Origin: an uncultured Methanosarcinales archaeon
GTDB lineage: Archaea; Halobacteriota; Methanosarcinia; Methanosarcinales; Methanosarcinaceae
DNA: 64,000 nt
Direction: 5' to 3'
Assembly: GCA_964560735.1 (NCBI GenBank)
Contig: CAZLNG010000005.1
Coordinates: forward strand, 2,246 to 66,245
Position numbers and translations under genes: made by a program. The notes under the pieces were generated by a model. It saw only the letters and a program-made list of their open reading frames with translations, had not been told where the DNA came from and did not search any database. Positions 52,262 through 60,843 of the stretch are shown in pieces; the first letter of the stretch is position 1; each line of letters begins with the position of its first letter.

Positions 52262-53665
52262 TTAAGCTATCTGTTTTCTGAAAAGGTTGCAGGAATTAAT
52301 CTTGATGTCAAGCAACTTTTCGATGTTCATCTTTGCGGCAATACCCTTTGCAGCGCCTGGCACTGAAGTTATGACACCGATATCGAGTTCCTCACGAAGT
52401 TCACGCATTACGTGTTCGTCTGAAAGGTCCATGACATCGACGCTGAGCTTCTTTGCGACGTATTCTTTTGCCTCTTTGATACGCATGTTCTTTGAAAACT
52501 GCATTCTTGCAACAAGGTCGCCTGCAGCTCTCATACCAGTCATACCTGAAGCCATTATGTGTGCGATCGGCATACCCAATGGGTCGCCGACCCCGATCTA
52601 TATGCCGTCTACGCCTGCAATTTCAACCATTGCTTTGCTGGCCCTTGTAACGGCATCGATCGGAGGAGTCTCAAGCATCGGGATTCCGCCCACGCCCATT
52701 CCCATGTCAACATGGCAGGGAAGCGGGGAGACTTTAACTGCCTCTTTTATGAAGGTAACTGCACGGGCAAGATTCCAGGCTGAAGTCTTGCTGGTGTTCG
52801 TATTTACAACTGGCCCAAAGACGTTTGCTCCTGCCTTTGCAACAAGGGGTGCCTGCTGGTGAGGCCAGAGGCCTGCAAGGGTTACTCCGTCGTACTGAAG
52901 TCCGCCGTGCATGCCGAGCACCATTTCTCCTGCCATGCCTGCTTCTATGTACATGTCAGGAAATTCCTTTCTGAGGGCTTCAATTGCGTGAAGGGTCCCG
53001 TAAAAATCCCCGTCTCCTGCTGCTGCAGTTGTGTCAAAATTGACGCCATCTGTCCCGGAAGCAAAGAGTTTCTGCATTATCCATACAGTATCTCTGGTAA
53101 GGTGTTCTGCAGCATGTTCCATAGATTCCCAGGCTTCCTGAATCTTAAAAGCCTTCATCAGGTCTCCTGGGTTCTCGAAAGGACCGTCAGGAGTATAGTA
53201 AAGCCCCATGTTGGGCATTGCTCCGTAGAAGAGCGGGATGATCATGTTCTGCTGACAGACTTCCATTGCCTGGCACTCGTTTGAAACAACAGGCTTCACA
53301 GGCTTGAAACTGTAGTCGATGTGCCCGAGTTCCATTGTGTCTGCACCAAATGCCCTCTCGTGCATCATGCAGCCAACAAGCCGGCTTGATGGGATTCCAA
53401 CGCCGCTGTTACCCTGGTCACCATCAAGCCTGATAGTACCAATGTCATGAGTGACAGGAATTTCCATACCCTGCTCGACACTAACAGCCTTTCCTGGCAT
53501 CATCAGGATTTCGGCAAGTTTATCGAGTTCATCAGCACTGAGGACAGGGATCTCGCCAAGATCTGCAGCATTTGCAGTCCCGGCTTCGATCTCTTCCATA
53601 ATTTTTTCTCTGGTGAGGAAGACACGCTTACCGTCTCCCATTCTCAAAGCATATTCAGTTGCCAT
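52262..53665 (-). CDS. mtbB: Dimethylamine:corrinoid methyltransferase, 467 aa, pyrrolysine at codon 356
   Basis: [19 protein letters not shown]-terminus; in-frame TAG at 52598-52600 (…[19 protein letters not shown]…) joins the two track ORFs into one 1404-nt CDS. Confidence 0.97.
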
Positions 53666-53717
53666 TTTTATTCTCCATTCTGGGGTTTAAAGAGTATAAG
53701 ATTCAAAAAGTACAAAT

Positions 53718-54362
53718 TTAGAGCAATAGTTCTTTTGCCTTTGCTACTGCTTCGCTTGCATTTTCAGCATAGCAGTCTGCGCCTATCTTATCAGCCCATG
53801 CCTGAGTCGCAGGAGCGCCTCCTACCATGACCTTTACCCTTTCTCTCATTCCCTCTTCTTTCAGGAGTTCGATCACATCCCTCTGCCCTTGCAGGGTTGT
53901 GGTCATAAGGGCGGAAAGTCCGATCATGTTAGCGTCTACCTCTTTTGCTTTCTGGACAAAGTTCCTGATAGGAACGTCACGGCCTATATCATAGACTTCA
54001 AAACCCGCAGACTGGAGCATTGTTGAAACAATCGACTTACCTATATCATGGACGTCGCCTTCTACTGTCCCATTTACAATAACTCCGAGCTTCTTACTCT
54101 TGGCCCCGGCTGGAAGATCGGCTTCAAGAACCTTAACCCCGGCTGTCATGGCGTCAGCAGCCATCATCACATGGGGTAAGAAGAGTTTGCCTCTCTCAAA
54201 AAGGATTCCTACCTGATTCATGCCAGCAGCAAGCCCTTTTTCAATAATATCTGCAGGTTCCATAACCTGCTTTGCTTTCTCAACTGCAGCGAGTACCGCA
54301 TCCTTTTTACAGGAGATGACTGCGTCAGAAAGCTCCTGAATAAGTTCTTCTTTAGTTGCCAT
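53718..54362 (-). CDS. mtbC: Dimethylamine corrinoid protein
   Basis: GDVHDIGK B12-binding motif, SALMTTT, MVGGAP; directly upstream of mtbB. Confidence 0.93.
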   Translation of the reverse strand: MATKEELIQELSDAVISCKKDAVLAAVEKAKQVMEPADIIEKGLAAGMNQVGILFERGKLFLPHVMMAADAMTAGVKVLEADLPAGAKSKKLGVIVNGTVEGDVHDIGKSIVSTMLQSAGFEVYDIGRDVPIRNFVQKAKEVDANMIGLSALMTTTLQGQRDVIELLKEEGMRERVKVMVGGAPATQAWADKIGADCYAENASEAVAKAKELLL

Positions 54363-54607
54363 TTTTATACCTCCATTTAATCAGAAATCTTCTTCAGTGT
54401 CTGAAAAGCATAACTGAATCTGTAATTTCTAATCTGATATTTTTATAGACTCTGAATTATTTAGCCTAACCCATGGTGTTTTTGCAAAAAAGATAGGTAT
54501 TGGCACTCGATGTGTGCAGTTGAGAAGTAAATAAGTTCTGACAGACCTAAGTGATTGGGCTCAAGTTATGAGATTTTTTAATAGCATTAAAAATTTTAAT
54601 GGAATTT

Positions 54608-54680
54608 ATTGAAAAAAAATGATTGAAAAAATGATTGAAAAAATGATTGAAAAAATGATTGAAAAAATGATTGAAAAAAA
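54608..54680. repeat. 12-bp tandem repeat (GATTGAAAAAAT) x ~5-6 upstream of mtbC
   Basis: Four perfect units at 54621-54668 with imperfect flanking units. Confidence 0.9.
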
Positions 54681-54706
54681 AGAAATTCAGTTTTTTGAAC
54701 TAATAC

Positions 54707-54836
54707 GAAGCTACCCCTAAACACAAAATAATGTCTCTCGTCCTCAAAATTTGATGACAATTCAAGTTTCCAATAATGAAAATTGTTCTAAAACTTTTGT
54801 TGATGTCAGAGTAAAGATTTATTTTGGGATGAGCTC
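54707..54836. mobile_element. 130-bp MITE-like element, degenerate left end
   Basis: Right end TTTTGGGATGAGCTC is identical to that at 56605-56619; left end GAAGCTACCCCTAAA is degenerate; same length as the 56490 copy. Confidence 0.4.
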
Positions 54837-54886
54837 CTGTTTTAATCCTTTTTTTATTTCCAGGCTGGCGATAATCCAGAGTTCCT

Positions 54887-55318
54887 TTATTTATCGGTGC
54901 ATTCCATCTTTTCCAGTACGCAAACTCTTGTTTCTCCACTACCTATTGAATTATTTTTGTAATTGTTCAGAGAAATACCTGTTTTTTCTGAGTACTCCGG
55001 TTTTTCTTCCTCCTGACAGAAGTAGTCCCCTTCAAATCGGAATTTCCTGAAAAGTTCGCAGGACTCACAGAGGCAGCCTTCTTTTTTCCCCGGTTTGCGG
55101 TTTTTGCTTCTGGAGCAGAACATTCCTGCACCACTGGAATAAGAGGGACAAATCCTGCAAACACAGGCTTTAAGGTGATGATAGGAACCGCAAATGCCAA
55201 AATACCTTCCATATTTTTCCCGCGTTTCCTTTATACAGTCAGATACCTTTCCACCAAACTTACTTACATCTGCCTTTCCAGCATATTCTTCATTTTCAGC
55301 TGTGGTTTTAGAACTCAG
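54887..55318 (-). CDS. Cys-rich protein, DUF2769-like
   Basis: CVCRICPSY...MFCSR...GCLCESC...YFC. The track start (55432) overlaps the divergent intergenic region; an AGGAGG SD points to CTG 55318. Confidence 0.7.
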   Translation of the reverse strand: MSSKTTAENEEYAGKADVSKFGGKVSDCIKETREKYGRYFGICGSYHHLKACVCRICPSYSSGAGMFCSRSKNRKPGKKEGCLCESCELFRKFRFEGDYFCQEEEKPEYSEKTGISLNNYKNNSIGSGETRVCVLEKMECTDK

Positions 55319-55461
55319 AAAATCCCTCCTGTACGCAAAAAGACATAATTTATAAGATGTCAAAATATAATATATATTGCCTGAGGATTTCAAAAGTGCA
55401 TTTCCCTGAGGCAGTAAAGAATCTCTGTACAAGGAAAAGGGTTTTTGGAGAGTTTACAGAA

Positions 55462-56358
55462 ATGGGATTCAATCAATTAGATGAAAAAGATGAAATGATC
55501 CTCAATGAGGCGCTGGAGCGACAGCAGATTCTGGAAACAATAATAAATAACAGCCCTATTATGGCTTTTCTCTGGAGCCCGGAAGGGGACTGGCCTGCCA
55601 AATATGTTTCAGAGAATGTAACCCAGCTTGAATACAGCGCGGAAGATTTTCTTGCAGGCAGGATAATGTATGCAAACATAATTCATTCAGAGGATATAGA
55701 CAGAGTTAGAGAAGAACTCACAAGATGCTGCGAGACCGGAAAAGACAGTTTTGTGCATCGATACAGAATCCTCACAGGGAAAGGAGAAATCCGCTGGGTT
55801 GAAGAAAAAACCTTTATCCAGCGGGACGAAAAGGGAAACGTGACCGATTTCCAGGGAATAGTCAGGGACATCACTTCCGAGGTAAAAAATGAAAAAGCAC
55901 TCAGAGATGCCCTTGAGAGTCAGAAAGCCCTTATGGAAAAGCAAAAAGCCCTGCTTGAGAGGCAGAAAGCTCTTGAGACCGTAATTAACAATAGTCCGAT
56001 GATAGTTTTTCTCTGGAAAGCCGAAAAATACTGGCCTACCCTCTATGTCTCCGAGAATGTCAGGCAACTTGGATATTCCCCGGAGGATTTCATTTCCGGA
56101 AGAGTCCTTTATGGGAAGATTATCCATCCAGAAGACCTTCTGCTTGTGGAACTCGAGCTTGAGGAGAACTGTGAGGAGGGAGGAAAACAGTTCAACCGCC
56201 AGTACCGAGTTCTGACACCAGCGAGCGAGGTACGCTGGGTTGAAGAAAAAACCTTCATCCAGCGCAATGAAGAAGGGGGTGTGTCCTACTTTCAGGGAAT
56301 TATCGAGGATGTAACCGATAGCCGAAAAGGTCAAAAAACCCTGATCAACCGGCTCTGA
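55462..56358 (+). CDS. Stand-alone tandem PAS/PAC-domain protein
   Basis: Two PAS_3-like repeats joined by a coiled coil, no output domain; start taken as ATG 55462 (GGAG SD). Confidence 0.85.
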   Translation: MGFNQLDEKDEMILNEALERQQILETIINNSPIMAFLWSPEGDWPAKYVSENVTQLEYSAEDFLAGRIMYANIIHSEDIDRVREELTRCCETGKDSFVHRYRILTGKGEIRWVEEKTFIQRDEKGNVTDFQGIVRDITSEVKNEKALRDALESQKALMEKQKALLERQKALETVINNSPMIVFLWKAEKYWPTLYVSENVRQLGYSPEDFISGRVLYGKIIHPEDLLLVELELEENCEEGGKQFNRQYRVLTPASEVRWVEEKTFIQRNEEGGVSYFQGIIEDVTDSRKGQKTLINRL

Positions 56359-56489
56359 CAAAAATAATCATAAAGAAAAGAAACGGCATAAACAATAACT
56401 TTCCCAGCACATCAGTAAATTCCTTTTACGATCTGTATTGCCTAACACATACGTCTCTATTTATATTTTTTAACATTTAATTTGTGAAC

Positions 56490-56619
56490 GCACCTATCCC
56501 AAAACCGTTTCTATTTCCATTTTATAGAAGAGTTTATAAATACTTTCCTTATCAGTAGACCGATTGACTATTTTAAAACAGAGATTCAGAAAAGCAATTT
56601 TGATTTTTGGGATGAGCTC
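56490..56619. mobile_element. 130-bp MITE-like element
   Basis: Imperfect terminal inverted repeats GCACCTATCCCAAAA ... TTTTGGGATGAGCTC; no ORF. Confidence 0.55.
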
Positions 56620-56873
56620 TATAGTTACTGCACTCACACCAGCACCTTTTTTCAGCATAATTCGTCAAAAATATATGATACTTCTTTCAAATGACCTGCA
56701 TACTACCATTTTTTTAAAATTAATATGCAGGTAATTTTATAAACATGCATGGATAAAGTGTAGAGTCGCTAACAAGAAGGAATTTGTTCATGGACAATAG
56801 AGAATGGATAGTTGGACCTATCCTGCTTGAAGTACAAACAAAATGAGCTATTGATTGTCGAAGAAGGTTCTGA

Positions 56874-59800
56874 ATGGAAGATAAACTGAGTAAATCTGAT
56901 ATCGAACGAAAGCAACTAGAGGAGGTTTCAGACCAGAGTGAGCAATGTTTCAGTCTGAAGTTGGAAAACGGTCTCTCTACTTTTCAAAATATGGCTAATC
57001 TGGAGCTTTCCGACATCATTGATGTTCAGTCTATCAAGCCTCTAATGGAAGATTTCTATAAACTTACTCATATTCCCATAGGCATAAACGATCTTAAAGG
57101 AAATGTCCTGGCAGGTGTAGGATGGCAGGATATCTGCACCAGATTTCACAGGGCTAATCCCGAAACCTGCAGGCACTGCGTAGAAAGCAATATAAAACTA
57201 TCTCTGGGCGTTGTCCCTGGAGAGTTTAAGCTTTACAGATGCAAGAACAACATGTGGGACATAGTGACTCCTATCATGGTGGGTGACCAGCATGTCGGTT
57301 ATGTCTTCGCAGGGCAATTCTTTTTCGAGGACGAGCCTCTGGATTATGAGCTTTTCCGCTCCCAGGCCAGAAAATATGGTTTCATTGAGGAGGAATACAT
57401 AGCAGCGCTTGAAAAAGTTCCAAGGTTGAGTAGAGAAGCTGTGGAAACAGGCATGGGTTTCTTTATGACATTTGCCAACATGCTCTCACAGCTAAGCTAC
57501 AGCAATATCAAGCTGGCTAAGTCACTGGCAGAACGTGATTCTCTGGTAGATAGACTGCAGGAGAATAAGAAAGATTTCGACCGCGCCCAGGCGGTGGGAA
57601 ATATAGGAAGCTGGCGTCTGGATGTGTGCAAAAATGAATTAAAATGGTCCGATGAAAATCACCATATCTTCGGTATCCCAAAAGGCACCCCTTTAACCTA
57701 TGAGACTTTTCTTTCAGCGGTCCATCCAGAAGATAGAGAATATGTAGAAAGGGAATGGAAGACAGGGTTAAAGGGTGAACCATACGACATAGAACATCGA
57801 ATTGTCGTAGAAGATAAGATTAAGTGGGTACGTGAAAAAGCATATCTTGAATTTGACAAAGACGGAACGATGATCGGTGCTTTTGGCATAACGCAGGACA
57901 TTACCGAGCGGAAGCGGGCTGAAGAAGAGTTGAAGCAGAGAGAAAAGCAGTACCAGACTCTTGGTGACACAATCCCCTACGGCGTCTGGCTCACCGATGC
58001 CGCCGGCTACTGCACCTATGTAAGTTCTTCGTTCCTTGAACTGGTGGATATGTCGATGGAACAGGTTCAAAAGTTTGGCTGGCTGCATCTGCTTCCACCG
58101 GAGGACGTTCAACCAACTGTAGACTACTGGCTCCGTTGTATTCAGACCGGTGAGAACTTCGAGAAAGAGCACCGTTTCCGGGCAAAAGATGGCAGCTACC
58201 AGAATGTACTGGCTATCGGTAGGCCGATCAAGAACGACTCGGGGAAAATCACTGGATGGGTAGGCCTGAATCTTGACATTACCGAGCGCAAGCAAATAGA
58301 AGAGGCGCTGCGAGAGAGTGAGAAACGCTTTCGTGCTTTTGTAATGGCCAGTTCTGAAATAGTGTATCGAGTGAATCCAGATTGGAGCGAGATGCGATAT
58401 CTCTATGGTCGAGGTTTTCTTGCCAATACGGAAATCCCAAGCCGCAAATGGCTCCAGGAATACGTTCTCCCGGAAGATCAACAGCATGTGATGTCTGTCA
58501 TCAATGAAGCTATCCGTACGAAGAGCACTTACAAACTGGAACATCGGGTTCGGCTAGCAAACGGCAGCATTGGATGGATTTTCTCGCGTGCAGTTCCTAT
58601 AATGGATCCAAATGGCGAGATCGTTGAATGGTTTGGCGCTGCCAGCGATATTACCAAGCGAAAAGAAGCAGAAGCTAAGTTGAAAGAAACACTTGATAAC
58701 TTAGAAAATTTGGTTAAAAAACGTACATCAGAGCTTGAAAACGCTTATAATTCTCTAAAGGAAAGTGAAAAACGTCTTGATGAAGCTCAAAGAATGGCTC
58801 ATATTGGAAATTGGGTTTGGGATATTGCAACTGGTAAAGAATACTGGTCTGATGAACTGCATCGTATTTTCAAGCGCGATCCTCAAGAAGCTGCGCCATC
58901 TTACAAAGAATATTTAAACTATGTACACCCCGATGATCGAGACTATGTGGATAATGCTTTTAAGGGAACCATAAATGGAAAGCCCTATGAAATTGATCAT
59001 AGAATCATCTTAGCTAATGGGGAAGAACGCACAGTCCATATACAGGCTGAAGTTGTTTTTGATAATAAAAATATTCCCATTCAAACAAAGGGAATAGTTC
59101 AGGATATCACTGAACGCAAGAAAGCTGAAGAGAATATTCAGTATCTGGCGAATATTGTAGAATCAACAACAGATGCTGTCGTAACAGTTTCTCTTGATAG
59201 TATTGTTACCAGCTGGAATAAAGGAGCAGAGCAGATTTTTGGTTATACAGCTGAAGAGATTCTGGGAAAAAAAGTATCAATACTCGAACCAGAGAATCTT
59301 AGAGAGGAAATAAAACAGTTAGTTGAAAATGTCATGCAGGGAGAAAAGGTTAAGCACTATGAATCTTCAAGGTTAAAAAAAGACGGTACAATAATAATTG
59401 TTTCAGGAACTCTTTTCCCAGTTTTTGATACATCTGGAAAGCTGGTTGCTATTTCGGTTATTGTCAGAGATATTACCGATATAAAAAGGGCAGAAGAAGC
59501 TCTGAAAAACCTTGAAATTATCCGTAAAAAGGAAATCCACCACAGGATTAAAAATAACCTGCAAGTAATTTCATCTCTCCTGGATCTTCAGGCTGAAAAG
59601 TTCAATAACAGAGAATGTATCAATGATTCTGAAGTTTTGGAAGCTTTTAGAGAAAGCCAGGATCGGGTAATGTCGATTGCTTTTATCCATGAGGAGTTGC
59701 ACGAAGGCAAAGGGGAAGATGCACTTAACTTTTCACTGTATCTGCAGAGACTTCTTAAAAATCTATTTCAGACATACAGATTTGGAAATACTGAGATCTG

Positions 59801-60182
59801 CCTGAATCTGGACCTTGAAGAGAATATTTTTTTCGGCATGGATACTGCAGTCCCATTGGGGATAATCGTTAATGAGCTTATTTCCAATTCCCTAAAGTAT
59901 GCATTTTCAGGCAGGAAAAACGGGGAAATCCAGATTAAACTCTTCAGCACAGCTATTAACAAGGATCTAAATATCAAAGAGGAACTTACCGGAAAATGCA
60001 GCAGATATACTCTGATAGTCTCAGATAACGGAGTCGGAATTCCTGAAAAAATTGATTTCAAAAATTCAGATTCACTTGGTCTACAGCTTGTGAACCTTCT
60101 GGTAGATCAGTTAGACGGCACTCTAGAATTAAAAAGAGGTAAGGGGACAGAATTTATTATGAAATTTAGCGATATAGAGTGA
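56874..60182 (+). CDS. Cytoplasmic sensor histidine kinase: PocR, five PAS/PAC, HisKA_2, HATPase
   Basis: PocR-like GWQDICTRFHR..C..S..YRCKNNMWD..GQFF; repeated DITERK PAC ends; EIHHRIKNNLQ; DNGVG; no TM segment. Confidence 0.92.
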   Translation: MEDKLSKSDIERKQLEEVSDQSEQCFSLKLENGLSTFQNMANLELSDIIDVQSIKPLMEDFYKLTHIPIGINDLKGNVLAGVGWQDICTRFHRANPETCRHCVESNIKLSLGVVPGEFKLYRCKNNMWDIVTPIMVGDQHVGYVFAGQFFFEDEPLDYELFRSQARKYGFIEEEYIAALEKVPRLSREAVETGMGFFMTFANMLSQLSYSNIKLAKSLAERDSLVDRLQENKKDFDRAQAVGNIGSWRLDVCKNELKWSDENHHIFGIPKGTPLTYETFLSAVHPEDREYVEREWKTGLKGEPYDIEHRIVVEDKIKWVREKAYLEFDKDGTMIGAFGITQDITERKRAEEELKQREKQYQTLGDTIPYGVWLTDAAGYCTYVSSSFLELVDMSMEQVQKFGWLHLLPPEDVQPTVDYWLRCIQTGENFEKEHRFRAKDGSYQNVLAIGRPIKNDSGKITGWVGLNLDITERKQIEEALRESEKRFRAFVMASSEIVYRVNPDWSEMRYLYGRGFLANTEIPSRKWLQEYVLPEDQQHVMSVINEAIRTKSTYKLEHRVRLANGSIGWIFSRAVPIMDPNGEIVEWFGAASDITKRKEAEAKLKETLDNLENLVKKRTSELENAYNSLKESEKRLDEAQRMAHIGNWVWDIATGKEYWSDELHRIFKRDPQEAAPSYKEYLNYVHPDDRDYVDNAFKGTINGKPYEIDHRIILANGEERTVHIQAEVVFDNKNIPIQTKGIVQDITERKKAEENIQYLANIVESTTDAVVTVSLDSIVTSWNKGAEQIFGYTAEEILGKKVSILEPENLREEIKQLVENVMQGEKVKHYESSRLKKDGTIIIVSGTLFPVFDTSGKLVAISVIVRDITDIKRAEEALKNLEIIRKKEIHHRIKNNLQVISSLLDLQAEKFNNRECINDSEVLEAFRESQDRVMSIAFIHEELHEGKGEDALNFSLYLQRLLKNLFQTYRFGNTEICLNLDLEENIFFGMDTAVPLGIIVNELISNSLKYAFSGRKNGEIQIKLFSTAINKDLNIKEELTGKCSRYTLIVSDNGVGIPEKIDFKNSDSLGLQLVNLLVDQLDGTLELKRGKGTEFIMKFSDIE

Positions 60183-60843
60183 TTATAAGTTCAAACTGCC
60201 TTTAAATATGGAACTGTAATAGCATGACAGAAAGGAAAACAGAATACACTTGCAATAGAACCTGTTGCAACAGTTAATGCTGATTTATAAGTTTAGAAAG
60301 TTAATTCAAAAAGTCCATACGGGATGCATGTAAGATTCTTTGGCATCCTAATTGAATTCCAGGAAGGGGTACTGGCACCAGGCATGAACTTAACATTCTC
60401 CTCAGACATTCTATCAGGAAGATAGAACCTCTCCATACTCTAAACTTTCAGCACATAGCCCAAAATTAACACGTACTGTTTTCCCCAGAACTTATTATTG
60501 TTAGAACTACATGCGGTCTCATTCATTTAAATAGGCTTTCATATAAACGATTTTTTTATGACTCCTCCCGTTCCCTAATATAGTCTCAAACACATACACC
60601 GAAAGAAAGTATAAATATTTTAAAGAAGTAGTAATTTAAACTGTTTAATCTAATTTTAAAAGACTGGTGTTTGTGATGTGAGCAGAAAGTATATTTAAAG
60701 AGCTTGCCCACAAAATTCTGACTCTTATCAATAACCTCTAAAGGTACCTGTGGACTTAAGACATTTCGTAAAAATGGTTATTTCCAGAACATATTCAGAA
60801 AATATGGATTTAAAATATAATTTGGCCATAAAGGAGTCAAAAT

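Noticed and set aside
52262..52579. Separate 105-aa gene or mtbB pseudogene
   Set aside because: It is the C-terminal part of MtbB after the pyrrolysine codon.
43408..58544. Numerous antisense ORFs over the kinases, mtb genes and PAS genes (e.g. 43989-44669, 52287-52862, 55687-56361, 57768-58544)
   Set aside because: All lie opposite well-supported genes and show no independent motifs.
60290..60460. Possible pseudogene fragment on the minus strand
   Set aside because: Short, stop-interrupted and not assignable to a family.
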